64,000 nucleotides of DNA, from positions 512,001 through 576,000 of the forward strand of contig CAVPJU010000010.1 of assembly GCA_963705505.1 (NCBI GenBank), given 5' to 3'. Positions within the stretch are counted from its first letter, which is position 1, and the number at the start of each line of letters is the position of its first letter. The notes beneath the pieces are model-generated. The model did not search any database. It saw only the letters and a list, made by a program, of their open reading frames with translations, and was not told the DNA's origin. Position numbers and translations under genes: made by a program. Below are positions 49,372-60,356 of this stretch, one piece after another. The stretch comes from an uncultured bacterium. Its GTDB lineage: Bacteria > Desulfobacterota_D > UBA1144 > Nemesobacterales > UBA2774.

Positions 49372-49920
49372 CTAAGGCGTTATAAGCCCGTATTTCCCCG
49401 ACTTCTTTCTATAGATTACGTTGAGGTCGCCCGTGTCCTCATTCCTGAAGACGTGAAAGAACCTGTCCTCGTCCTGGAGCACCATCAACGCCTCCTCCGG
49501 CGACAGCGGTTTCTCGATAGAGAGCTTTTCCTCCGCTATCAGCCCCGCCTCGCGGACAGGAGGCTCTTCGTTCCTCCGCTTCACTTTCTCACGCGCGATC
49601 TCCTTCCTTACCTCGATGCGCCTGTCTTTAAGCCGGTTCAGCTGCTTGTCTATGTCGTCAAGAGTGAATTCGAGCGACATGAAGATATCGTTCGACTCTT
49701 CCCAGGCGTGAAGCGCGCCCCCGCCCGGGGTTTTGAGATATACGTCTATATCCACACGGTGCCTCTCCCTGTGTTTTTCCACGGTGAAAGTCACGATCGC
49801 CTCGACTTCCCCCTCCCCCATCTCTTTCAGATGCCTTTCGAACGTTGACAGCCTGTGCTCAGCGACGCTTTTCAGGTCCTCGGAAATCTCGATACCCTTT
49901 CCTATAAATTCGATCTTCAT
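49372..49920 (-). CDS. hpf: Ribosome hibernation promoting factor (long HPF/RaiA)
   Basis: N-terminal S30AE fold, C-terminal KPLSPEEALM..FHVFRN..NVIYRKK.G.YGLI. Confidence 0.9.
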   Translation of the reverse strand: MKIEFIGKGIEISEDLKSVAEHRLSTFERHLKEMGEGEVEAIVTFTVEKHRERHRVDIDVYLKTPGGGALHAWEESNDIFMSLEFTLDDIDKQLNRLKDRRIEVRKEIAREKVKRRNEEPPVREAGLIAEEKLSIEKPLSPEEALMVLQDEDRFFHVFRNEDTGDLNVIYRKKSGKYGLITP

Positions 49921-49988
49921 ATCTGCACCCTCTCTTTATATTGTAGTTAATCGTCACTTAACGTAAAACACGGCTCCTTATAAGTTCC

Positions 49989-51752
49989 CTATTCCTGCAT
50001 CACATAAAGGCCGGGCGCGTCGTCAAGAGGCGGGTACCCCTTCCTCGAAGCACCCAGGGATGGAGGCGGAGTCTTTTTGCCCGAGCGCTTTTTGAGCCAG
50101 GCTTCCCACGCGGTCCACCATGAACCTTCCCGCTCCGGCGTCCTCGCCGCCCAGCTCTCGGCATCGATGTATGTGTCTTTCTCGTTGCGCGTCTCTATGC
50201 GGTAAGTCCTGTCGGGGTGTCCCGGCTCGCTGACTATTCCGGCGTTATGGCCGCCGCTCGTGAGAACGAACGTCACCTCGGTATCCGCAAGGAGGTTGAT
50301 CTTGTAAACCGAGCGCCACGGAGCCACGTGGTCCCTCACGGTCGACACGACGAACATAGGGATACGTATATCGGTAAGGGAAACCGGCCTGTCCTTGACG
50401 AGATAGCGCCCTTCGGCAAGGTCGTTGTTGAGGAGGAGGCCGCTCAGATAATCCGAATGCATACGGTAGGGCATCCTCGTCGCGTCCGCGTTCCACGCCA
50501 TTAGGTCGAACATCGGCTCGCGCTCCCCCAACAGATAGTCGTGCACCATGCGCGACCAGATGAGGTCGTTTGACCGGAGCATCTGAAAGGCACCCGCCAT
50601 CTGTTTCGTATCGAGGTAACCCTGGTCCCACATCATATCCTCGAGAAAGGCGAGCTGGCTCTCGTCTATAAAGAGCATAAGCTCCCCGGCCTCATGAAAG
50701 TCCGTCTGTGCCGCAAGCAGGGTCATGCTCTTGAGACGGTCGTCGCCGTCGCGCGCCATCGCTGCGGCAGCGATAGCCAGGAGAGTCCCTCCGAGACAAT
50801 AGCCGAGGGCGTGGATTTTTCTATTCGGTATGATACCGGACACGGCCCGGAGGGCTTCCATGATCCCGAGCTCCAAGTAATCCCCCATGCCGATGTCCCT
50901 GTCTTCGGGCCCGGGGTTTTTCCATGAGATCATGAAAACGGTGTGTCCGTTATCGACGAGGTATTTGACGAGGGAGTTATGCGGAGAGAGATCGAGAATA
51001 TAATATTTCATTATCCAGGCCGGGATGATGAGGACAGGCTCGGCGAAGACGGTTTTGGTCGACGGCTCATACTGTATAAGCTCGATGAGTCGGTTACGAA
51101 ATATGACCTTGCCCGGCGTGACCGCAAGGTCTTTCCCGACCACGAAATGTTCCGTGCCCACGGGTTTTTTCCCGATCACGGACCGCTCCCAGTCTTCTAA
51201 CAGATTGAGCCAGCCCCGGAAGAGGTTATTGCCCCCCGACTCAATCGTTTTCCTGAGTATTTCGGGATTCGTCAGTATAAAGTTCGAGGGCGCAAAGATA
51301 TCCAGTATCTGGCGGGTGACGAAAGAGACGACGTCTTCATGGTGGCGGTTAACTCCGTCAACCCCTGTAGTCGCGTTGTGGAACCACTGCTGGGTCAGGA
51401 GGAACGACTGGTACATGAGGTTAAACGGCACGCGCTGCCACCCCTCGCCGCTGAAGCGTTTGTCCTGGGGCAGGGGCTCGATGCAGGGCTGAGTGCCCGG
51501 CTGAGACGCGCACCTGAAAGCGTAAACATAGAACCTTACGGCCTTCCTGAGCGCCTTCTGCACGAGCTCGAGCTGCTTTGCGGGCGAGATACCGAAATGC
51601 ACGAGCCAGTCGAGATATGCAAGCATGAGCGCAGCGGGCGATATGCCGAGCGTAAAGCGGCTTATCAGGGAATGAACCATTTTGTCCACGCCCGAGAGCG
51701 CGTTCGGGAGGTCGTCTTCCCTGTCGATGTCGTCTTTAATTTTCATCGTCAT
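49989..51752 (-). CDS. phaC: Polyhydroxyalkanoate synthase (class I-like)
   Basis: VTPGKV, KYYILDL, GYCLGG lipase box, WNAD, DHVAPW, GGHNAG, GSWW. Confidence 0.92.
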   Translation of the reverse strand: MTMKIKDDIDREDDLPNALSGVDKMVHSLISRFTLGISPAALMLAYLDWLVHFGISPAKQLELVQKALRKAVRFYVYAFRCASQPGTQPCIEPLPQDKRFSGEGWQRVPFNLMYQSFLLTQQWFHNATTGVDGVNRHHEDVVSFVTRQILDIFAPSNFILTNPEILRKTIESGGNNLFRGWLNLLEDWERSVIGKKPVGTEHFVVGKDLAVTPGKVIFRNRLIELIQYEPSTKTVFAEPVLIIPAWIMKYYILDLSPHNSLVKYLVDNGHTVFMISWKNPGPEDRDIGMGDYLELGIMEALRAVSGIIPNRKIHALGYCLGGTLLAIAAAAMARDGDDRLKSMTLLAAQTDFHEAGELMLFIDESQLAFLEDMMWDQGYLDTKQMAGAFQMLRSNDLIWSRMVHDYLLGEREPMFDLMAWNADATRMPYRMHSDYLSGLLLNNDLAEGRYLVKDRPVSLTDIRIPMFVVSTVRDHVAPWRSVYKINLLADTEVTFVLTSGGHNAGIVSEPGHPDRTYRIETRNEKDTYIDAESWAARTPEREGSWWTAWEAWLKKRSGKKTPPPSLGASRKGYPPLDDAPGLYVMQE

Positions 51753-51831
51753 AGATGATCCGTCACTCCGGAATTCAGTCCCCGCCCTCCGTTCACAACA
51801 CCCGGGTCAGAGCTTTGCCTCCCCGACCCTC

Positions 51832-52236
51832 TCATGACGTATAAAATGAATAATGGAAGATTTTTTGAGAGTTCGTCGAATGTCCTTCCGCCTTGAAATT
51901 CAGATAGAGCTTCAGACCCGAATATTCGCCGAGCATTAAAGGGCTTTCATTCGAAACCCCGTCCGGGAAGCTTGAATTATAAATAGTCAGCTCGTATTGA
52001 GCCGCGCTTCCTATATCTTCGGGGTTCATGCTTTCGAGAGGGTTCACGAGCTTAAACCCTGCGTCCCTGCCCGAATCTTCTCTGAAAATAAAAGTAACGT
52101 CGATATCGAATATTCCGCCTTGAGGCGTAGGGAGCTGAAATGAAGCTGTGATTTCATTTCCCTCGAATTGAATCACGGTCCCCGACGCTCTCAAACTGCA
52201 CTCGCCCGATTTTATGTATAAAGGTAACATGATCAT
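51832..52236 (-). CDS. Hypothetical protein
   Basis: 134-aa ORF with GGAGG RBS, beta-rich; no motif recognised. Confidence 0.6.
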   Translation of the reverse strand: MIMLPLYIKSGECSLRASGTVIQFEGNEITASFQLPTPQGGIFDIDVTFIFREDSGRDAGFKLVNPLESMNPEDIGSAAQYELTIYNSSFPDGVSNESPLMLGEYSGLKLYLNFKAEGHSTNSQKIFHYSFYTS

Positions 52237-52724
52237 TGCCTCCCCAGGCTTCTAACTGCGGTTTATCGAATACTCAATTCCCGATTTCATGACTGCACTG
52301 AGAGATACACCTCTGCATAATCCTATACATGTGCAAACTACGTACCACAAGGTGTCTATGCATAACTTATACACTTTATTCGGTTATTTGCAAATAAGGC
52401 CAGTGTCGAGTGTCCTAAAAGCTTACAGAAGAAGTTTTAAGGGGCTTTTTTCCGCTCAAAATTTAGCCAGACGACATATTTGCTACCTTATCATAGTACT
52501 TTGTCGTATAAGGGATCAAATGTCGTTGGGACAGAAGTTACACTCACCAGGACTTTCCCTCGTAGCTATCCCTTACGGCATTATGAGAGAACCGTATCGC
52601 CGCTGGTATAAATACTGCTATACTTTATATCAACCTTATTAAAATCTTGTGAAAATTCCAAAAAGCCGCAAGGCCCGTTTGAGATGAGACAGATCATCGA
52701 ACAAAAAATCTCTGGAGAAGCCCC

Positions 52725-55148
52725 ATGAAAGTGCAAAACAAGTATATACGCTGGTTTGGCGATATCGGCATCGAAGACGTCCCCTTCGTCGGCGGAAAGA
52801 ACGCTTCTCTCGGAGAGATGTATAGAGAGCTCACGGAGAAGGGCGTCAGAATTCCAAACGGCTTTGCCATAACCGCCGAGGGGTACAGGCACGTGCTGAG
52901 CTCGGCGGGAATCCTTGAACAGCTCAAAGATACAATGGCGGGTCTTGACAAGAGAAACGTATCCGATCTTGCGAACCGGGGCGGGAAAGCGAGGGAGCTA
53001 ATTGTCAGCGCTGGCATTCCCCCCGACCTCTGGGAGGAAATAAAGAACGCCTATGATAAACTCTCGGAGCAGTACGGACAAAATACCGATGTCGCGGTGA
53101 GAAGCTCGGCCACAGCGGAAGACCTGCCAACAGCTTCATTTGCAGGACAGCAGGAGACATATCTTAACATCCGGGGCTACCATCCCCTCAAAGAGGCGTG
53201 CTCCAAATGCTTTGCCTCTCTCTTTACGGACAGGGCCATATCGTACCGCATCGACAACAATTTCGATCATTTCAGAGTCGCCCTCTCCATAGGCGTGCAA
53301 AAGATGGTCCGCTCGGACCTCGCTACGAGCGGAGTCATATTCACGCTCGATACCGAGACCGGATTCCGCGATGTCGTTTTTATAACGGCATGCTACGGGC
53401 TCGGAGAAAACATAGTGCAGGGCACGGTCAATCCGGACGAGTACTACGTCTTCAAGCCGACATTCAAAAAAGGTTATAAAGCGATTATTAAAAAAGAACT
53501 CGGACAAAAGAAGATAAAGATGGTATACGGGGTGGGCGGTTCGAAAATCCTCACGCGCAACGTGGAGGTGCCCGAAGTCGACCGGAGGCGCTTTTCCGTC
53601 TCCGATGAGGACATACTCAAATTAGCGGATTACGCGATTACCATAGAGGAGCACTACTCGACCAAGTCAGGAAAAGCCCAGCCAATGGACATCGAATGGG
53701 CAAAGGACGGCCTGACCGGGGACATCTTTATCGTCCAGGCGCGTCCCGAAACCGTCCAGTCACAGAAAGACGTGCAGGTGCTTGAGACATACCGTCTGGA
53801 CAAAAAGGGGCCTGTTCTGGCTCAAGGCAAGAGCGTGGGAGAAAAGATCGCGGGCGGAAAAGCGCGCGTAGTCTACAGTGTAGACCAGCTTTCGGAGGTA
53901 ATGCCTGCTGAAGTCGTGGTTGCCAACACCACGACCCCCGACTGGGAGCCCGTAATGAAAACCGCTTCTGCAATCGTAACGAACAGAGGAGGACGAACCT
54001 GCCACGCGGCAATCGTGAGCCGTGAGCTCGGAATACCAGCGGTCGTCGGCGCCGAGGGAGCGACTGAAAAGATTCGAACGGGAGAGATCGTGACCGTGAG
54101 CTGCGCCGAGGGCGATGAGGGGATAGTTTACGAGGGAAACCTGCCTTTTCATATCGATACAGTCCGCCTGAATGAATTGGGGCGTCCCAAAACCAGGATC
54201 ATGATGAACATGGCTAACCCTGAGCTCGCCTTTTCCCTCTCCATGATCCCTAACGACGGCGTCGGGCTCGCGCGAATGGAGTTCATAATCACAAGCTACA
54301 TTAAAATACACCCTATGGCTCTCGCGCACCCCGAAAGGGTTTCCGATCCCGGTATCCGTGATCAGGTCAACGGCCTGACTTCCGGTTATGAGAATAAGGG
54401 AGATTACTTCGTCGATAAGCTCGCCCAGGGTGTTGGGACCATAACAGCAGCTTTTTATCCCAAGCCCGTAATTGTCAGGATGAGCGATTTCAAAACCAAT
54501 GAATACGCAACACTGATCGGCGGGCAGTACTTCGAGCCAAAGGAAGAAAATCCCATGATCGGATTTCGTGGGGCTTCACGGTATTACGACGAGAGATACA
54601 GGGAAGGCTTTGCGCTCGAGTGCAGGGCTATGAAGAGGGTGCGCGAAGAAATGGGGCTCGAAAACCTCATTCTGATGGTCCCGTTTTGCCGGAGGACGGA
54701 CGAGGCGAGAAAGGTTCTGGAAGAGATGGCAAAAAACGGGCTTAAAAGGGGAGAGAACGGGCTTGAGATATATGTGATGTGCGAGATTCCGAATAACGTG
54801 ATATTGATCGATGAATTCAGCCAGCTCTTTGACGGGTTTTCCATCGGCTCGAACGACCTTACACAGCTCACGCTCGGTGTCGACCGAGATTCGGAGCTGG
54901 TAGCTCATGACTTCGATGAGCGGGACCCCGGCGTGATGAAAATGATCTCGATGACTATAGAAGGGGCCAAACGAAACAAGCGGCATAGCGGCATCTGCGG
55001 TCAGGCGCCGAGCGACTACCCGGAATTCGCCGAATTCCTGGTAAGAGAAGGAATAGACTCCATATCCCTTAACCCCGACTCCGTTATGAAAACCACCCTC
55101 AGCGTGCTCGAGCTTGAAAAAGAGCTCAGGGGAAGACGCAAAGCCTGA
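52725..55148 (+). CDS. ppsA: Phosphoenolpyruvate synthase
   Basis: VGGKNASLGEM, AVRSSATAED, GGRTCHAAIV phospho-His, GFSIGSNDLTQ, GICGQAPSD. Confidence 0.96.
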   Translation: MKVQNKYIRWFGDIGIEDVPFVGGKNASLGEMYRELTEKGVRIPNGFAITAEGYRHVLSSAGILEQLKDTMAGLDKRNVSDLANRGGKARELIVSAGIPPDLWEEIKNAYDKLSEQYGQNTDVAVRSSATAEDLPTASFAGQQETYLNIRGYHPLKEACSKCFASLFTDRAISYRIDNNFDHFRVALSIGVQKMVRSDLATSGVIFTLDTETGFRDVVFITACYGLGENIVQGTVNPDEYYVFKPTFKKGYKAIIKKELGQKKIKMVYGVGGSKILTRNVEVPEVDRRRFSVSDEDILKLADYAITIEEHYSTKSGKAQPMDIEWAKDGLTGDIFIVQARPETVQSQKDVQVLETYRLDKKGPVLAQGKSVGEKIAGGKARVVYSVDQLSEVMPAEVVVANTTTPDWEPVMKTASAIVTNRGGRTCHAAIVSRELGIPAVVGAEGATEKIRTGEIVTVSCAEGDEGIVYEGNLPFHIDTVRLNELGRPKTRIMMNMANPELAFSLSMIPNDGVGLARMEFIITSYIKIHPMALAHPERVSDPGIRDQVNGLTSGYENKGDYFVDKLAQGVGTITAAFYPKPVIVRMSDFKTNEYATLIGGQYFEPKEENPMIGFRGASRYYDERYREGFALECRAMKRVREEMGLENLILMVPFCRRTDEARKVLEEMAKNGLKRGENGLEIYVMCEIPNNVILIDEFSQLFDGFSIGSNDLTQLTLGVDRDSELVAHDFDERDPGVMKMISMTIEGAKRNKRHSGICGQAPSDYPEFAEFLVREGIDSISLNPDSVMKTTLSVLELEKELRGRRKA

Positions 55149-55190
55149 GATACTGCTTCCGGCGAAGCGGATCAGCTACGACTCCCCTTC

Positions 55191-55901
55191 CTATTCCCAA
55201 TCCTCATTGAACTTTATATTTTGAAGGACTTCGAAGGCTCTTTTTTGCAATTCCGGGTCCCTGTTCTCACCGGTCGAAACGTGCACATACATAACTTCAT
55301 AATAGAACGCATCATTGCTGCCAGGCAACTGCTTATACGGTCCTTCGATTACATAAAATTCCACCGCTTCATAAAAATATTTATCACTCTGGTTTAATTC
55401 CTTATCTCTGAAAGTCGTCGAGGGACCTCCGGCCTTAAATTCAAGCCGTTTGGACGAGAGGAAATCATAATACGCCATCGCGCAGACCTCTTTCACGCCA
55501 TTACACGACCCTGAATCGTAATTTATATTCTCCGCCTGTAGCGACTTATTTTTCAAGAGCTGCCTGTCATGATAATTTCTTACCCAGCTGAGCAAATATT
55601 CATCGTTGAGCTTTTCGCTCCAGGACCTCAACCCGGTCGTGATATAAATATAGTACATATCGTTCCCGCCTCCGCTTGCGAACCTGACCAGCTCTTCGCA
55701 CGGGCCGGGGCCGTAAAGCATTTGAACCCAGTGTTTATCCACGTACCACTCCCCCTGCTGCGGGGGCAGAACGGATACGCAGCCGCTGACTATCCTTTCC
55801 GACGGGTCTTCTATCCGTACATATTTTGTGGTCGAGCAGCCGATAATTAGAATTATAGGGAGCAGAAGCGGTATTGATACGGGTTTTACTTTTATGGTCA
55901 T
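55191..55901 (-). CDS. Hypothetical lipoprotein
   Basis: Hydrophobic leader with IIGC lipobox-like site. Confidence 0.65.
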   Translation of the reverse strand: MTIKVKPVSIPLLLPIILIIGCSTTKYVRIEDPSERIVSGCVSVLPPQQGEWYVDKHWVQMLYGPGPCEELVRFASGGGNDMYYIYITTGLRSWSEKLNDEYLLSWVRNYHDRQLLKNKSLQAENINYDSGSCNGVKEVCAMAYYDFLSSKRLEFKAGGPSTTFRDKELNQSDKYFYEAVEFYVIEGPYKQLPGSNDAFYYEVMYVHVSTGENRDPELQKRAFEVLQNIKFNEDWE

Positions 55902-56051
55902 GTCATAGTTTCTGAAAAGCCGTTTTCTGTGTAGACCAGCAAAGCCAAATCATTCAATACAACATGACTGGGTACTTCCCCACTATAAAATAAACCGCTT
56001 CCACTTGTCAATAGCGTCTTATCTCCCGTGTTGAGTGTCCGGGAGGAGCAT

Positions 56052-59000
56052 TTACGAAACCCTGCTCTTATACTCATAATAGAGGAGGGGCACCATCGTC
56101 CTCGAAATGAGCGTCGCTGCTACTTCTCCCGCCATAAGAGAGATGGCCATACCCTGGAATATAGGGTCGAAGAGGATTACCGACGACCCGACAATGACGG
56201 CCGAGGCGGTGAGGAGCATGGGCCTGAACCTTATCACCCCCGCTTCCACGACGGCGTCCTTGAGGGCAACACCTTCCGATAGCTTGAGCTCTATGAAGTC
56301 GACCAGTATGATCGAATTCCTTACCACAATGCCCGCGCCGGCAATGAAGCCTATCATGGACGTCGCCGTGAAAAACGCGCCCAGGAGAGCGTGGCCGGGA
56401 AGGATACCGATCAGCGAAAGCGGAATGGGCGCCATGATCACGAGGGGTATGATGAAAGACCTGAACCACCCGACGATCATCACGTATATGAGCACGAGGA
56501 CTGCGGCGAACGCTATACCCAGGTCCCTGAATACTTCATATGTTATCTGCCACTCGCCGTCCCATTTCATTGAGTAGGTGTCCTCGAGCTCCGGCTGAAC
56601 TGAGGAATACTGTTTAAGCTTATAGCCTTCCGGTAACTGCAGCTTGTTTATTGCTTCCTTCATCTTGAGTATCGCATAGACCGGACTCTCCGCCCTTCCC
56701 GCGACGTCTCCGGTCACATATACGACCCTTTTTAGATTTTTGCCGTATATGGTCTTATCCTCTACGGTCTCCCTCACGTTTACGAGCTCGGAGAGGTTTA
56801 CCCGATTGCCTTCAGGCGATATAACCGCTATCTCCTTCAGGCTCTCGACACCCGCCCTCTCGGAGAGCGGCGCCCTCAGCTCAAGCTCGACGGCTTCCTT
56901 GTCCTTCTCTACGTGGGCGAGACCGACGGGGCTTCCGGAGAGGAGAATGCGGATCGTCTTCGCGATATCCTCAGGGCTAATTCCGTTCTGCGCGGCCTTC
57001 TCCCTATCCACTTCGAACACCGCCTTTTTCTGGTCGTCCTCGACATACCAATCGACGTCGACTACACCTTCCGTACCCTCGAAGATCTTCATCACTTCAC
57101 GAGCTATCTCCGTCTGTCTCACGGGGTCGGGCCCGTATATCTCGGCGACGAGCGTGCTCAACACGGGAGGCCCCGGCGGGACTTCGGCTATCTTTATCCT
57201 GGCGCCGTGCCTGTCCCCTATCTCTTTTATCCCCGGCCTTATCCTCTTTGCTATATCGTGGCTCTGTGCATGCCTTTTGCCCTTGGGGACGAAATTCACC
57301 TGTATATCGGAAACATTGCTGCCTTCCCGCAGGAAATAGTGTCTTACGAGGCCGTTGAAATTAACAGGCGCAGCCGTCCCGTCATAGATCTCATAGTCGG
57401 CGACCTCGGGGACAGTCCCCAGGTAATCGCCTATTTCTCTCGATACCGCCGCCGTTCCTTCGAGAGTACTCCCTTCAGGCATGTCGATAATGACCTGAAG
57501 CTCGCTCTTGTTGTCGAAGGGGAGCATCTTTACGGTGACCGCTTTAAATAAAACGAGAACGCACGCAGCGGCCAGAAGAAGCGCTACTAATCCGTAGGCT
57601 TTTATTCTCTTTCTGCCGCTTCCGAGAAGCCCCCGCAGATTCCCCTCATATATATGATTAAGCCTTTTTAATAACCTGCCCTCTTCCTCTCCGGCATTAT
57701 CGGACTTCTTTACACCCCTGAGCACCTTGTAGCTGAGCCACGGGCTGATTATGAAGGCTATGAACAGCGAAATGAGCATCGCTGCCGAGGCGCCGATCGG
57801 TATCGGTCTCATGTAGGGACCCATCAGACCAGATACGAACGCCATGGGCAAAAGTGCGGCTATAACGGTGAACGTCGCGAGTATGGTCGGGTTCCCGACT
57901 TCGTCTACAGCCCTTACTGCAGTTTCGGCACTCACCCCGTACATCTTGAAATGCCTGTATATGTTTTCGACGACGACGATCGCGTCGTCAACGAGAATTC
58001 CGATGGAGAATATGAGCGCGAAGAGCGTCACCCTGTTGAGCGTGTAGCCGAATATATATGTCACGAATATCGTGAGGGCGAGCGTCACGGGAATGGCAAC
58101 CAGCACTACGATCGATTCCCTCCACCCGAGGGCAAGAGCGATGAGGAATGTAACGGAAAGGGCGGCGATAAACATATGTTTCAAGAGCTCGTCCGACTTC
58201 TCTTTAGCCGACTCGCCGTAGTTGCGTGTCGTCTCTATCTCGACACCCTCAGGGACAATACCCCCTTTCAGGGCTTCGAGCTTCCGATGGAGTCTCTCCG
58301 CAATATGTGTCGCGTTTGTGCCCTTTTTCTTTGCGAGCGAGATCGTGACTGCTTCCGAGAGCCCCGACCTGTTTTTTTCAGAAGCCCTGCCGAACCCTAT
58401 AAAGACATAATCGGAAGGCTCTTCCGGACCGTCCGTTATACGCGCGACGTCCCTCAGGTACACGGAGCGGCCGTCACGGACGCTCACGACTACATTGCCG
58501 ACGTCACCCGCATCCTTGAGGAAACCCTCGGTCTCAACAATGTACTCCCCTCCCAGGGATGGGAAAGCGCCGCTCTTTAGTGTGAAGTTCGCCTTATCTA
58601 TCGCGCCCGCGATGCCTAAAGGGGTGAGTGAGTATGCCTTGAGCTTGACAGGGTCGAGCATGATACTAACCTGTCGTTTCTGTCCGCCGATTACTCTGTA
58701 TTCGGAAACTTCACTGTCTTTTTTGAGCTCTTCCGCAACCTCGTACGCTATCCTTCTCAGCTCGTAGCCGCTGTAGCGGTCGCTCCATAATGTGAACGTC
58801 AGAATGGGAACATCGTCAATCGATTTGGGCTTTACAAGGGGTTCCGATACTCCGGGAGGTATCATGTCATAATTCGACATGAGCTTGTTGTAGAGCTTTA
58901 CGATGCTGTCCTCCATGTTCTCCCCGACGTAAAACCTCACGGTCGCGATACTCATTCCGGGTTTGGACATGGTATAGAGGTATTCGACCCCTTTGACTTC

Positions 59001-59231
59001 CCAGATGAGCTTCCCCATAGGCCTCGTGACACGCTCCTCCACTTCTTTCGAGGAAGCGCCGGGGTAGGAAACATACACGTCTATCATCGGGACGATGATC
59101 TGGGGCTCTTCTTCGCGAGGGGTGACTATGACGGCGAATATGCCAAGCGCGAGGGATGCGATTACAATCAGAGGAGTGAGCTTGGACTGTATAAACGTGC
59201 CAGCTATTCTGCCTGCCATTCCCATATTCAT
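56052..59231 (-). CDS. RND efflux permease
   Basis: 1059 aa; [48 protein letters not shown]. Confidence 0.93.
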   Translation of the reverse strand: MNMGMAGRIAGTFIQSKLTPLIVIASLALGIFAVIVTPREEEPQIIVPMIDVYVSYPGASSKEVEERVTRPMGKLIWEVKGVEYLYTMSKPGMSIATVRFYVGENMEDSIVKLYNKLMSNYDMIPPGVSEPLVKPKSIDDVPILTFTLWSDRYSGYELRRIAYEVAEELKKDSEVSEYRVIGGQKRQVSIMLDPVKLKAYSLTPLGIAGAIDKANFTLKSGAFPSLGGEYIVETEGFLKDAGDVGNVVVSVRDGRSVYLRDVARITDGPEEPSDYVFIGFGRASEKNRSGLSEAVTISLAKKKGTNATHIAERLHRKLEALKGGIVPEGVEIETTRNYGESAKEKSDELLKHMFIAALSVTFLIALALGWRESIVVLVAIPVTLALTIFVTYIFGYTLNRVTLFALIFSIGILVDDAIVVVENIYRHFKMYGVSAETAVRAVDEVGNPTILATFTVIAALLPMAFVSGLMGPYMRPIPIGASAAMLISLFIAFIISPWLSYKVLRGVKKSDNAGEEEGRLLKRLNHIYEGNLRGLLGSGRKRIKAYGLVALLLAAACVLVLFKAVTVKMLPFDNKSELQVIIDMPEGSTLEGTAAVSREIGDYLGTVPEVADYEIYDGTAAPVNFNGLVRHYFLREGSNVSDIQVNFVPKGKRHAQSHDIAKRIRPGIKEIGDRHGARIKIAEVPPGPPVLSTLVAEIYGPDPVRQTEIAREVMKIFEGTEGVVDVDWYVEDDQKKAVFEVDREKAAQNGISPEDIAKTIRILLSGSPVGLAHVEKDKEAVELELRAPLSERAGVESLKEIAVISPEGNRVNLSELVNVRETVEDKTIYGKNLKRVVYVTGDVAGRAESPVYAILKMKEAINKLQLPEGYKLKQYSSVQPELEDTYSMKWDGEWQITYEVFRDLGIAFAAVLVLIYVMIVGWFRSFIIPLVIMAPIPLSLIGILPGHALLGAFFTATSMIGFIAGAGIVVRNSIILVDFIELKLSEGVALKDAVVEAGVIRFRPMLLTASAVIVGSSVILFDPIFQGMAISLMAGEVAATLISRTMVPLLYYEYKSRVS

Positions 59232-59236
59232 AACAG

Positions 59237-60341
59237 TCAGTTGGCTTCGACGACTCCTCCGTCGACTGCCTTTTGAGCTCCTTCCGTTATTACGATGTCA
59301 CCGTCTTTCAGGCCGGATAGCACCTCTATAGCGCCGTTATAATCCCTTCCCGTCCTCACGAGCCTGTATGTCGCAACCCCCTCGTCATTCACCGTGTAGA
59401 CGCCCTCGAGCTGTCCTTTATCTATAACGGCGGGGCGGGGCACAAGAAGGGCTACTCTTTTTCCGGAAGGTATTAGAACGGAACCATAAAGGCCGGTCCT
59501 TAATGACTCCTCTCCGAGCGCGATTTTGACGAGAAAAGTCCTCGTCCCGGGATCTATCGCAGGCACCACCTCCGTAATGTTTCCTTCAATCACACGGCCG
59601 AGGGCGTCTATGTCCGCATAAACAGTCATGCCGGGCTCGAGCTTGCCGAGCATCTTCTCATCAACGTTCACCTCCAGAGTGAATGAGGAATTGTCTTCCA
59701 CCCTGAGCAGTACCTCCCCGGGGACTGCCATATCCCCGACTTCCGCCTTCTTTCCCGTCACGACGCCCGCGACAGGGGCTTTTATATTTGTGAATCCGAG
59801 ATTTATCTCCGCTTCTTCGAGGTTCGCTTTCGCCATCCCTAGAGCAGCGCTGTTACGCTCAAATTCGATCATCGCCACGATCTTTCTGTGTTTCTATCTC
59901 GTCCATTTCGTGAGCGGATATCGCTTTATCGTCATAAAGATTCTTATACCTTTCGTATGTGAGCTCCATGAGGTGCATATTCTTGCCAGCGGCATCGAGG
60001 GAACGCTGCGCCTCCTTATATCCCTCCCTTGCAGCTTCAGCCCTCCGTGCGACATCCCTGTCGTCGATAGTCAGCAGAACGTCGCCCTCGGAAACCTTAT
60101 CTCCTTCCTTCACTCTGACAGACGTCACTGTTCCCATGACCCTGCTTGCGACATCGCTTACGGTCTTCGCTTTCACCGTGCCTGACGTCCTGTAGTACTC
60201 ATCGACCTCGGTTTTTCTGATCTTTGCCGTTCTCGCACCCTTGATAACGGGTCTTTCAGCATCCGTTTTGCCGGAATCGTTACCTTCACCGCAGGCAGCA
60301 ATCGTTAAACACAGAATGAAAAGTACAGTTATATATTTCAT
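59237..60341 (-). pseudogene. RND periplasmic adaptor split by a frameshift (ORFs 59859-60341 and 59237-59878)
   Basis: 5' ORF has the IAAC lipobox and first lipoyl half; 3' ORF has IKAPVAG and the rest; frames switch at CAGAAAGATC near 59880-59889. Confidence 0.8.
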
Positions 60342-60356
60342 CGAGATATCTATAAC

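Noticed and set aside
52289..52642. 117-aa ORF between the hypothetical gene and ppsA
   Set aside because: AT-rich divergent promoter region, no recognisable protein features
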